Source of the DNA: a virus
Direction: 5' to 3' (one strand)
Length of the DNA: 63,700 nucleotides
Virus record (IMG/VR): IMGVR_UViG_3300029789_000007
Shown: positions 46,829-55,395 of the stretch, in pieces
Layout of the letters: each line of letters starts with the position of its first letter
How positions within the stretch are numbered: the stretch's first letter is position 1
Notes under the pieces: generated by a model
What the model was told of the DNA's origin: nothing
The model's database searches: none
What the model saw: the letters and a program-made list of their open reading frames with translations, nothing else
Position numbers and translations under genes: made by a program

Positions 46829-47002
46829 ATGTCTCCACGCACAGGCAGACCTAAATCTGAAAATCCAATGAATGATAGGATTTATGTAAGAGTAACAAAA
46901 CAAGAGAAAAAAGAAATTATGGACTTTTCTTCTGAAAATGGTTATTCGATACTAGAACTAATCAGAATTGGCATTGAAAAGATAAGAAGTCAAAAAAAAT
47001 AA
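46829..47002 (+). CDS. Ribbon-helix-helix (CopG/Arc-like) regulator A
   Basis: MSPRTGRPKSENP..RIYVRVTKQEKKEIMDFSSENGYSILELIRIGI; paralogue at 49634. Confidence 0.6.
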   Translation: MSPRTGRPKSENPMNDRIYVRVTKQEKKEIMDFSSENGYSILELIRIGIEKIRSQKK

Positions 47003-47122
47003 AGTGTTGCACCGCTACCAACGAACACAACACTTTAAAAACACCAATCCGAAAGAGATTGATAAATCTATCATATCAGTTTCTTTCGGAAAATCAAGTA
47101 TTTTTTGAAAGGATAAGATATT

Positions 47123-47542
47123 ATGGAATTAGAACGCAAGAGTATTGATGAAATGACAAAGGCAGAACTTAAAAGGGAGCTAGATGACCTTAGATGTGAC
47201 TATGACACATTAAAAGCCAAGGATGACATTATCAAGATATTAGACCGCATGCCAACGAGCATTGAGCTAGAGGAAATAAGGAAGTATGCTGAAAAGGTGT
47301 ATCAGAAGTCCGTGGATAAGCATTGGAGCTTCTTAAATGGAGTACACGATAACATCTGCAATATGGTAGATAATTTGTTGGAATCAAGAGACTACAGTAT
47401 GCTAAACTATCTGAACTGTTTTGTATATGGCAAGTTATTAAGCGAAAATCCGACCGCAGCAGAAGGAGCAAAGACAATGACAGACGATATGGAAAAGTTA
47501 TTGTTGAGACACTTAATGGCAGAGAGAGGCGGTGTGGCATAA
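47123..47542 (+). CDS. Hypothetical helical protein
   Basis: ORF track. Confidence 0.4.
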   Translation: MELERKSIDEMTKAELKRELDDLRCDYDTLKAKDDIIKILDRMPTSIELEEIRKYAEKVYQKSVDKHWSFLNGVHDNICNMVDNLLESRDYSMLNYLNCFVYGKLLSENPTAAEGAKTMTDDMEKLLLRHLMAERGGVA

Positions 47543-48327
47543 TGAATGTGATTAACAATGTAATAGATATGAAAACTCCGATTGAGATTGCTTTACAGAT
47601 TGATGAAAGCGGTCACACTACAGCGAGAGCGTTGTATGATTTTTTGGAGCTTACACCAAGTCAGTTTTCAAGATGGGCTAAAACCAATATTGAGGGTAAT
47701 GAGTTTTATGAAGAAAATAAAGATTGGTGGGGGTTCGACATTATGTCGAACGGTAATAAATGTAAGGATTATCGACTTACAACAGATTTTGCGAAGCATC
47801 TATCTATGGAAAGTCATTCTGCCAAGGGCAAGACAGCAAGGCAGTATTTTGTTAAAGTAGAAGATAAAGTAAAGGAAGTTGTAATCAATCGTTCTCAGTT
47901 ATCTCCGCAGATGCAGATGTTTTATGCAATAGCAGACGAACAGGCTAAAATGGAGCTTGAACAGAAACGACAGGCGGAGCAGATAAATAAAGTTGAGCAG
48001 ACTGTTGACAATATGAAAGAGATATTTACACAGCCTATCGGAGATTGGAAAGCTGAAATCAATGCAAGGGTGCGTGAAATTTCAATCAAGAGCAAAATTG
48101 ACTATCAGATACTTTATAATCAACTCTACGGAGAATTGGAAACCACTGCACATTGTAGCTTAAAGAGATTACAGGATAATAAGAAAAAGCGTATGGAGAA
48201 AGCGGGCAATACCAAAACAGCAATTAAGAATGAGACAACAAAAATTGCTATTATCTTTGAAAAACCACAACTTAAAGCTATTTTTGAGAATATCGTCAAG
48301 AAATATGCTATGAGTTATTGTGCATAA
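47542..48327 (+). CDS. AntA/AntB-type antirepressor-like protein
   Basis: ARALYDFLELTPSQFSRWAKTNI..FYEENKDW...DYRLTTDFAKHLSMESHSAKGKTARQYFVKVE. Confidence 0.6.
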   Translation: MNVINNVIDMKTPIEIALQIDESGHTTARALYDFLELTPSQFSRWAKTNIEGNEFYEENKDWWGFDIMSNGNKCKDYRLTTDFAKHLSMESHSAKGKTARQYFVKVEDKVKEVVINRSQLSPQMQMFYAIADEQAKMELEQKRQAEQINKVEQTVDNMKEIFTQPIGDWKAEINARVREISIKSKIDYQILYNQLYGELETTAHCSLKRLQDNKKKRMEKAGNTKTAIKNETTKIAIIFEKPQLKAIFENIVKKYAMSYCA

Positions 48328-48337
48328 TCAAATTTAG

Positions 48338-48375
48338 AAACCATCAACTAATATCGGTTGGTGGTTTTTTATTTT
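48338..48375 (+). terminator. Intrinsic terminator
   Basis: aaaccatcaac/taatatcg/gttggtggttt then tttttt. Confidence 0.65.
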
Positions 48376-48395
48376 ATGAAAGAGAGGTAATAAAA

Positions 48396-48824
48396 ATGGC
48401 TGAATTTTCAAGCATTGCAACACAGACAGTTGCAGTAAACGGAAATGTATTATTTACAGATGCGCCAACATCTGTATGCAATAAAGGATATATTTCGCAC
48501 AGAACAGGGAGCGGATTAATTAACCTTAAAGGTGCTACCAATACTTGTAAAGCAAAGTACAGAGTAGAATTTAACGGAAATGTTGCAGTTCCTACGGGCG
48601 GAACCGCAGAAGCAATTTCATTAGCCATTGCTGTCGAGGGCGAGCCGGACTTATCTACATTGGCAATTTCTACACCGGCAGCAGTTGAAGCATTTAACAA
48701 TGTGTCTATGGCTACAGATGTATGGCTCCCTTGCGGTTGCTGCCAGGCAATTTCTGTCAAGAATACATCTGCACAGGCTATCAGTGTTGCAAATGCTAAC
48801 ATCACAGTAAATCGAATTGGTTAG
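48396..48824 (+). CDS. All-beta protein resembling BclA C-terminal (C1q/TNF-like jelly-roll) domains
   Basis: Pattern VNGNVLF..GYISH..GSGLINLKG...YRVEFNGNVAVP..LAIAVEGE....ISVKNTS...ANANITVNRIG; no collagen repeats. Confidence 0.35.
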   Translation: MAEFSSIATQTVAVNGNVLFTDAPTSVCNKGYISHRTGSGLINLKGATNTCKAKYRVEFNGNVAVPTGGTAEAISLAIAVEGEPDLSTLAISTPAAVEAFNNVSMATDVWLPCGCCQAISVKNTSAQAISVANANITVNRIG

Positions 48825-48835
48825 GGGGCGAGAGT

Positions 48836-49489
48836 ATGCACGTTGAAAGAATACACAAAATGCAGGAGTGTCTTACAGAGAAAGCTGTCAACGAGCTTGA
48901 AAAGGGCGTTGAGAATGTTGACACTTCCGAGATGGGACAGGTCGTAGATATGATAAAAGACCTTGCAGAAGCTGAGTATCACTCAATAATTTCCAAGGCT
49001 ATGAAAAAGGCTGATGAAGAGGAAGAAGAGTACGACAAAGAACTCCTAAGAAGTCTTAAGGCGGAATATGGCGAAGAAAGTGGCAGAAGATATTACGACC
49101 AATATCGCTATGCAAATGGCAGACTTGCCCCTAAAGGTCATGGAATACGCAGAGGATATGAGGAACCGCCATATTATCACATGCCGGTAAACTACAACGA
49201 CATGGAGTATATGCGTGACATGGATAAGAGCCGAGGCAAGATGTACTACTCTGAACCGATTGCACCACATGTGAGTGAAAGCAATTATGACAGAGCAAAG
49301 AGACATTATACCGAGACAAAGGAAATGCACAAAGGAGCTTCTACAGAGGATAAAGAGCATAAAATGAAAGCCCTTGACATGTACATCCGTGAATTAAGCG
49401 GAGACATATCGGAGCTTCTGAATGACATGACACCCGATGAACGCAACCTTTTGCGCACCAAAATGAGCAATCTTGCGTCAAAACTGTAA
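48836..49489 (+). CDS. Hypothetical charged, Tyr-rich protein
   Basis: ORF track; YYDQYRYANGR...PPYYHMPVNYNDMEYMRDMD. Confidence 0.45.
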   Translation: MHVERIHKMQECLTEKAVNELEKGVENVDTSEMGQVVDMIKDLAEAEYHSIISKAMKKADEEEEEYDKELLRSLKAEYGEESGRRYYDQYRYANGRLAPKGHGIRRGYEEPPYYHMPVNYNDMEYMRDMDKSRGKMYYSEPIAPHVSESNYDRAKRHYTETKEMHKGASTEDKEHKMKALDMYIRELSGDISELLNDMTPDERNLLRTKMSNLASKL

Positions 49490-49495
49490 TTATTA

Positions 49496-49529
49496 AGGCT
49501 ATGGGTAGTAATGCTCATAGCCTGTTTTT
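49496..49529 (+). terminator. Intrinsic terminator
   Basis: aggctatg...catagcct then gttttt. Confidence 0.65.
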
Positions 49530-49580
49530 CGCACATTGATAACTGAATATTGGCTAGTGAAAAATATTTTAAAATAATGC

Positions 49581-49609
49581 TTGACAATATGGTGTGACAT
49601 AAATATAAT
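49581..49609 (+). promoter_or_regulatory. Consensus promoter TTGACA-17-TATAAT with GGTGTGACA direct repeats
   Basis: ttgaca 49581-86, tataat 49604-09; ggtgtgaca at 49591-99 and 49613-21. Confidence 0.65.
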
Positions 49610-49633
49610 AAAGGTGTGACAAGAAAGGAAGCG

Positions 49634-49843
49634 ATGTTTATGTCACCAGCAGGCAGACCTAAAGTTGGCAATCCGAAATCAAGCAGATTTAGTATCAGAC
49701 TTGATGAGGAAACAGAAAGAAAGCTGAAAGCCTATTGTGAACAGCACAATTTTACAAAAGGTGAAGCCATCAGAAGAGGAATACATTTACTTTTAGATAA
49801 AACGGAGGCTATTCATGAAAAGACAAAAAATAGGAACTTTTAA
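49634..49843 (+). CDS. Ribbon-helix-helix regulator B
   Basis: MSPAGRPKVGNPKSSRFSIRLDEETERKLKAYCEQHNFTKGEAIRRGIHLL. Confidence 0.6.
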   Translation: MFMSPAGRPKVGNPKSSRFSIRLDEETERKLKAYCEQHNFTKGEAIRRGIHLLLDKTEAIHEKTKNRNF

Positions 49844-50039
49844 CAACCTTAAAAATGGAGATTTGATAATCAGCCCCATTGATAATGAGGTCACTCAATA
49901 TTATATAGATAAAGACGGAATAAAGTATTTATCTAGCAAGAACTCATTGTTTGGCATATTTCAATTTGATGCCGAAGATTTTTATTTTTATAATGGGGAA
50001 AAGAAATGTGGAGAAATAGATAAACACTATTTTCTCTAG
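49815..50039 (+). CDS. Hypothetical small protein
   Basis: GGAGG RBS; ORF track. Confidence 0.45.
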   Translation: MKRQKIGTFNNLKNGDLIISPIDNEVTQYYIDKDGIKYLSSKNSLFGIFQFDAEDFYFYNGEKKCGEIDKHYFL

Positions 50040-50042
50040 TAA

Positions 50043-50076
50043 AAAGCCACTAGCTGATATTCGGTTAGTGGCTTTT
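50043..50076 (+). terminator. Intrinsic terminator
   Basis: aaagccacta...tagtggcttt. Confidence 0.6.
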
Positions 50077-50101
50077 GCTTTATTCAGAAAGGAGTATACA
50101 G

Positions 50102-50425
50102 GTGTTTATTAATGTTAATGATATATTGTGGCACATACAATTTAAAAAGCCCACATCAAGCGAATTAAGGCGGTCTGACGGCACTATAAGTTTAGGAGTA
50201 ACCGACAACACAACCAAGACAGTAACGATAGCTGATAATGTGTCTGATTACATGGCCGACAAGATACTATGCCACGAGCTGGTGCATGTGTACTCATTCT
50301 CATACGGCTGTGACATTGACATAGAGACAGAAGAAATAATCGCAGACTTTATGAGCTTGTACGGACGGAATATTGTATACACGGCTGACAAAATATTTAA
50401 TTTATTGGAGCAAAAATATGGATAA
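50102..50425 (+). CDS. Small HExxH metalloprotease-like protein (ImmA/IrrE- or SprT-like)
   Basis: ILCHELVHVYSF motif; GTG start 8 nt after AAGGAG. Confidence 0.45.
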   Translation: MFINVNDILWHIQFKKPTSSELRRSDGTISLGVTDNTTKTVTIADNVSDYMADKILCHELVHVYSFSYGCDIDIETEEIIADFMSLYGRNIVYTADKIFNLLEQKYG

Positions 50426-50564
50426 AATAGACAGACTATTAGAATACATACACCGGACTAATCCGGAAATGACACGGCAGAAATTGATTGAAAAACTAGG
50501 AGAGAGCGACTACAGTGCCAAGAGTATTTATTTTTTGACGATTCAAAATTCAAAAAAATCCTAA
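50418..50564 (+). CDS. Hypothetical 48-aa protein
   Basis: MDKIDRLLEYIHRTNPEMTRQKLIEKLGE...; GGAG RBS; overlaps upstream stop. Confidence 0.35.
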   Translation: MDKIDRLLEYIHRTNPEMTRQKLIEKLGESDYSAKSIYFLTIQNSKKS

Positions 50565-50629
50565 AATATTTTGATACCCCCTACCTTTTGAGCTTTTTAA
50601 TTTCAAAAATCCGTTCGCAAAATTTTACA

Positions 50630-50883
50630 AAAACTTGCCGAGAACTTGCAAAGAACTCGCACCACACTTTAATCGAGTGAAGTTTTCTGAAAATTCAAGC
50701 AATTTCCATGAGTTGGTGTGCCTGACTTGTAACAACTCGCACCCGGCACAGCTTGACGGCTTAAGGCTCTACAACTATATCGCAAAGCGTTGTAAACGGC
50801 TTGTTTTACGGCTTATTTTAGCGTGCTTGATAAAATCCACGCTAACACGTTTAAAAGCCCTTAAAGCGTCAAATACACGGCTT
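50630..50883. repeat. Iteron-like short direct repeats in non-coding DNA
   Basis: ACGGCTT at 50756, 50796, 50808 and 50877; (A/G)AACT(T/C)GC at about 50630, 50643, 50654 and 50731; hairpin agcgtg...cacgct 50820-50843. Confidence 0.45.
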
Positions 50884-51028
50884 TAAAATGTATATATCAT
50901 AAAATCATAGAATATTTTTATTAATTTGTCAATGTACTACACCCGGACTTATAGCCGGACAACTCGCGACAGTTCCAACGGCTGCACGCTTGATTTTTTG
51001 GCACAACAAAAAGGGATACAGAATATCC

Positions 51029-51283
51029 CTAATAATAACGTGTGATATATTTTCCGGCTTGATAGTCGCAAAACAATGTGACCGGGTGAACGTGTGCACG
51101 CTTTTCAACAACTTGCAACCATTCACCGGACCTTTGAACTGTTATTTTTAACTCGTGTGATTCCATCCATTCTATACAATCGTACTTGATATAATCAAAG
51201 TCACTTATTTTTGGCATCTCATAGCCTAGCGCCTTGGCTCGCTTATATATTTCCTTTTTTCCTAGATATTCATAATTAGACAT
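51029..51283 (-). CDS. Hypothetical small protein
   Basis: ORF track; leftward island. Confidence 0.45.
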   Translation of the reverse strand: MSNYEYLGKKEIYKRAKALGYEMPKISDFDYIKYDCIEWMESHELKITVQRSGEWLQVVEKRAHVHPVTLFCDYQAGKYITRYY

Positions 51284-51293
51284 AATACACCCC

Positions 51294-51566
51294 CTATCTA
51301 TAACAAGCCTTAATTATTGGGCTTATATAGTTTTTATGGTTTAGGTAGTTATCAAAAGCCGTCCGGCGGTATTCCTTGCCACTAATAAGCACAGTAACAT
51401 CGTCACACGTGCCCGACTCTGCGACAGCTCTGAAAATATCTGTTATCGCTTTACGTGTGGCGCGTTCGCTTGCTTGATATTCCGGCGCGCTCTTGTATTT
51501 GCCGTTGTAGCGCGCTTTTATTTCACACTCTACCGCGTCAAGCGTAGTTAGTTCGTTATCGTTCAT
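51294..51566 (-). CDS. Hypothetical small protein
   Basis: ORF track; leftward island. Confidence 0.45.
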   Translation of the reverse strand: MNDNELTTLDAVECEIKARYNGKYKSAPEYQASERATRKAITDIFRAVAESGTCDDVTVLISGKEYRRTAFDNYLNHKNYISPIIKACYR

Positions 51567-51878
51567 CCATCAACCCTCTTTTCTATTCGTGCGTGGTTTA
51601 TAGGTTACTTTTTGACCTTTTCGCGGTCTGTCGTGCGTTAATCTGTTTTTATAGGTGTAAAATAACGCAAATCACCTATAAAGGGCGCACAATTGTTTTT
51701 CAGGCGTTGCACCTCTTGAGCCTGATATAAATATAAAGGCATTTATAAGACCTCTTGGCGCGATTATTTACCGGACGCGCGGACGGAGTGCAATATATAC
51801 AGTTGTAAAGCCGTATAAAAGCACCTATGAAAAATATTGAATTGATTAATACAAGGCCTGAAAAGCCTTATATATAAA

Positions 51879-51937
51879 GCTAATAGCCGGAATCGAACCG
51901 GCTAGAATACACCATGTTAATTTGTATCGCTATTAGC
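51879..51937 (-). ncRNA. 59-nt tRNA-like minihelix (acceptor stem plus T-arm plus one hairpin, no D-arm)
   Basis: - strand reads GCTAATA-GC-GATACA/AATTAACATGG/TGTATT-CTA-GCCGG/TTCGATT/CCGGC-TATTAGC. Confidence 0.4.
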
Positions 51938-51962
51938 TTGCGAATTATTCCAATATCATCCC

Positions 51963-52157
51963 TTATTGTTCAATGATTTCAAAGCATTTTTGTATCTCTT
52001 CTAGGCTGTGACAGCATTCCCCACCGGGATAACGATATATAGCCATATAATCACCACCACATAGGGGTTGCATATCTTTCAAATATGCTCTATATCCTCC
52101 ATTACCTTTTATAATTTTGGGATATCCGTCTTTTATCATTTTCTCAATTCTTGTCAT
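51963..52157 (-). CDS. Hypothetical small protein
   Basis: ORF track. Confidence 0.45.
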   Translation of the reverse strand: MTRIEKMIKDGYPKIIKGNGGYRAYLKDMQPLCGGDYMAIYRYPGGECCHSLEEIQKCFEIIEQ

Positions 52158-52251
52158 TTTCTTATTTCTCCTAATTAAATAAAAATTAAGTCGATAGTAT
52201 CAGTTGAGTTATGCGACTTTTTGTTGAAATATGTAACTTACTAATTGCAAT

Positions 52252-52344
52252 TTAATAAAAAAATAAAAATAAACCACCATACCCAATAACAAGGCATGAC
52301 ACAAAAAGCCCGAAAGCCTTTAAAAGTTCTTTTAAATCGTCCAT
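52252..52344 (-). CDS. 30-aa hydrophobic peptide
   Basis: Own translation MDDLKELLKAFGLFVSCLVIGYGGLFLFFY; GGGGGC RBS-like element upstream. Confidence 0.3.
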   Translation of the reverse strand: MDDLKELLKAFGLFVSCLVIGYGGLFLFFY

Positions 52345-52354
52345 AGTTTGCCCC

Positions 52355-52615
52355 CTAACAATAACAAAAATCACCTTGTAACCCGGTTGTAATAACCATT
52401 TTCCCATCCTTACGGCGGTAAACTACACCACAACCGCCATCACTTAAAGACCATACAAGCCAGCCGGCCGGAGTTATTTTTTTATGCTTCTTATAATCAT
52501 AAAAAGCATAATGCGGTTTTATTCCGCTTTTTTCCTGTTCAAGTGCATTGTTTATAATTTCATCGTCCGTTAATAACAACGCTTTTCCGTTTTTCTGTCG
52601 TCCACAATATCTCAT
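52355..52615 (-). CDS. Hypothetical small protein
   Basis: ORF track. Confidence 0.45.
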   Translation of the reverse strand: MRYCGRQKNGKALLLTDDEIINNALEQEKSGIKPHYAFYDYKKHKKITPAGWLVWSLSDGGCGVVYRRKDGKMVITTGLQGDFCYC

Positions 52616-52670
52616 ATATTTACACCTCTTTAATATAAAGCCGGTGAACTTGCACCGGCTTAAATGCTAA

Positions 52671-53024
52671 TTACTCGTTGTCATCGTATTTCCAACTTGC
52701 TGGAACTCCGTTCCAAGGTGTGCCAAAATGTGTTACACCTAAAATATAAAGGTCTAACGGCTCACAATAATAAACGAGTTCGTTAGTATATTCGCTCAAT
52801 CTTTCGGCGTCGCTGTCATTGATAATAAAATACTGAAATACCTCTAAGTAACAATCATCCTCTTCGTCGTAGTCGGTACCACAATAAATATCAAAATCAA
52901 AACCTTTTGAAATTAAAGCTGGCATGATGTCATTGTTTAATACTAAATCGTCACAACAAAAATCAATCATTGCTCTGTAGTCTTTTCTTGTCTCTTTTAA
53001 TGTCTTTAATACTTCTTTGCTCAT
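52671..53024 (-). CDS. Strongly acidic 117-aa protein (DNA-mimic candidate)
   Basis: About 26 Asp/Glu against 9 Lys/Arg by eye; first gene after the AT-rich divergent promoter region. Confidence 0.45.
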   Translation of the reverse strand: MSKEVLKTLKETRKDYRAMIDFCCDDLVLNNDIMPALISKGFDFDIYCGTDYDEEDDCYLEVFQYFIINDSDAERLSEYTNELVYYCEPLDLYILGVTHFGTPWNGVPASWKYDDNE

Positions 53025-53417
53025 AGTTTACACCTTTTTCCACGTATGTTATAATATACGCGCCTTTCAATTATTATTTTGTTTGGTGCCTGTCGTTTTG
53101 TTGGAAGCTCTGCGACAGGCTTTTTTATTTTGTTCCTTGCCTTTCGACTTGACTATACATTATCATATTATATTAGTAATGTCAATACATAATTGCAAAA
53201 ATATTGCAAAAATATTTATGCTACTAATTAGAATAATATTTATATTCATAATTTCAAAATTATATATAATAAGTAATAAAACAATAATTGCAATAATACA
53301 TGTAATTAATATTGACATAGTAATTTAATTGTTATATATTTATGTATAGCAATATTATTTATAGTATTATTGCCAGTGAATATTGATATTATTAATTTAT
53401 ATAATGAGGTGTGAAAA

Positions 53418-53633
53418 ATGGATGAAAAGAAAATGATTGAAAACTATAAAAGTAGAGTAAAGAGACAGAATGAAAAAGCAAAAGAGAACTATGACAGAAT
53501 AAGCGTTATGCTGCCAAAAGGCACAAAAGACCGAATACAGGCGCAAGGGCTTACAATTAACGGCTTTGTAAATCAATTAGTGCTGGATAAGCTGGACGAG
53601 CTGGAAAACAATAACAATGAGTGTCCATTCTAA
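53418..53633 (+). CDS. Ribbon-helix-helix (Arc/MetJ-type) protein C
   Basis: RISVMLPKGTKDRIQAQGLTINGFVNQLVLDKL. Confidence 0.5.
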   Translation: MDEKKMIENYKSRVKRQNEKAKENYDRISVMLPKGTKDRIQAQGLTINGFVNQLVLDKLDELENNNNECPF

Positions 53634-53885
53634 AATTTAAAGTCGGTTTTTATGGCCGGCTTTTTATTTTATATATAATTAATATATATGTATGTGATAT
53701 GGTATATATTAATCAATACAGTTGTTGTTATATATCCAATAGCTCTATGTATTGACAAAACAAGTATATTTGATTATTATTATTTTAATTAAATTAATAA
53801 GCGAATGCCGGCTAGCTCGTATTACTTGGAATTGTTCCAGGTGGTGCGGGCTTTTTTATTTTGGCTTTTTGGGGGATGTGCTGCA

Positions 53886-54515
53886 ATGTCAGATCAGATT
53901 GAGATTTATGAAAACGATTTATTATTTTATTTAAACGAATTTTGTGAAGTAAATAAGATTGAGGATATTAAAAAAGAATCTCAAAGTGTATGGAATAGCG
54001 CTTTATATTATATTCAAAAAAAGTTATTTGATATTAATTATTTTAAATCTAAAGAAAATTATAAATTAGATAATGGAATGTATAAAGAGAGTAACTTTAA
54101 TAGTTATAATTTTGAATTGGTAATGTATGTATTAGATATATATATATATGATATGTGTATGAAATACGATAAAGAAGTTAGTATATTGGGATTTAGTTCT
54201 CTAACTGGTATTCCTGATAGTACTATTTATGACTGGGAGAAGAATACGCTAAGCCCGATAGCATCGGAGATTTTGGAAAAACTGAGGAAATATCAAGAAG
54301 AAAGTCTATCAAATAAGCTCGTGACCGGGGCAAAGAACCCAGTTGGAGTTATTGCAATACTCAACAGGCGTTACGGCTGGGCCTCACCGTATACAAGCGA
54401 TAGCAGACAGCAAGCGAGAGCTTTAAGCGCTAATGAGTTGCCACAGCTAGGTGGCTCAAATAGTCAGACTATTAAAGCATTATCGGATAACAACGTGGTT
54501 GATAATGCCAAGTAA
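53886..54515 (+). CDS. Terminase small subunit-like protein
   Basis: HTH-like GFSSLTGIPDSTIYDWEK and GAKNPVGVIAILNRRYGWASP, resembling the terS C-terminal motif. Confidence 0.4.
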   Translation: MSDQIEIYENDLLFYLNEFCEVNKIEDIKKESQSVWNSALYYIQKKLFDINYFKSKENYKLDNGMYKESNFNSYNFELVMYVLDIYIYDMCMKYDKEVSILGFSSLTGIPDSTIYDWEKNTLSPIASEILEKLRKYQEESLSNKLVTGAKNPVGVIAILNRRYGWASPYTSDSRQQARALSANELPQLGGSNSQTIKALSDNNVVDNAK

Positions 54516-54928
54516 TTGTATATACAATACACACAATTCTAAGTCCTTGATTTACAAGGCTTTGAGGGCTATTGAATTATTACAACTATTCACAAAACAG
54601 TTGTTTAGCGAAGAGTTGAAAGCATAGAATTAAATTGTACATGCAATAGATACAATTTAAAATGCTTGATGTTTGAGAGCCGAGCAATGCACATATTGGG
54701 TGCCCTGGGGGTGTATACGAAAAGCGACAAACCGCCCCACTTAGCCCCCAAAATATCCGCCAAAACAAAAAGGCCTTTACTCATACCTTAACCTCGCCAA
54801 GCAGTATTTATTATTATAACATAAGTTATATATTAATTAAACAACATACACAATAATAATATATATACATACAACTATGATTAAATATTAGTTATATATA
54901 ATATATAACAGTAAAGGAGCTAACAGTG

Positions 54929-55378
54929 ATGAAATTAACAGGATTTGAAACCAACAAAATTAATTCCGATATGGTAAATCACCCTAGCCACTATAACTTG
55001 CCTAATCGTAAAGAGTGCATTGATGAAATGATTGACATTTACGGGCTTAAGGATGTGGCTAAATGGTGTGAAATTACTGCATACAAGTATAAATATCGTG
55101 CCGGACATAAAGGCTCTGTAACTGAGGATATGAGTAAGGCTGCATGGTACACAATTAAGGCTCATGAGCTTAAATCTAAGCGCAAATGGAAGATTTTCGA
55201 CAAGATTGTTTATAAATTCATGCCAATGTTTCTTAAGGGCCTGTATACATGGATAATTTTATTTTGTATGTTTTACGGAATACTCTTTTCTGACCGATGC
55301 TCAATGGTAGTCTCAATAGTGTTTTTAGTTCTTGCGTGCATAGCTGAGGCAGTATTGAAAGAAAATAAAGACGATTAG
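54929..55378 (+). CDS. DUF3310-family protein with C-terminal TM segments
   Basis: VNHPSHYN...ECIDEM...AKWCEITAYKYKYRAGHKGSVTEDMSKAAWY. Confidence 0.65.
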   Translation: MKLTGFETNKINSDMVNHPSHYNLPNRKECIDEMIDIYGLKDVAKWCEITAYKYKYRAGHKGSVTEDMSKAAWYTIKAHELKSKRKWKIFDKIVYKFMPMFLKGLYTWIILFCMFYGILFSDRCSMVVSIVFLVLACIAEAVLKENKDD

Positions 55379-55395
55379 ATTTTGAGGTGTAAATC

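Noticed and set aside
50635-50886. 83-aa ORF over the iteron-like region
   Set aside because: It has a non-ATG start and no RBS. The sequence is dominated by the short DNA repeats, so it is more likely non-coding.
53017-53934. ORFs 53017..53328 and 53752..53934 in AT-rich DNA
   Set aside because: These are Ile/Phe/Leu/Asn-rich translations of near-homopolymeric AT sequence lying between divergent or tandem promoters. They are not credible proteins.
53640-54925. Inverted AT-rich segments (taattaatatata / atatatatgtatg types) flanking the terS-like gene, as IS or invertible-segment ends
   Set aside because: The matches are short (12-14 bp) and lie in very low-complexity AT-rich DNA, where such matches are expected by chance. 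No transposase or invertase gene lies between them.
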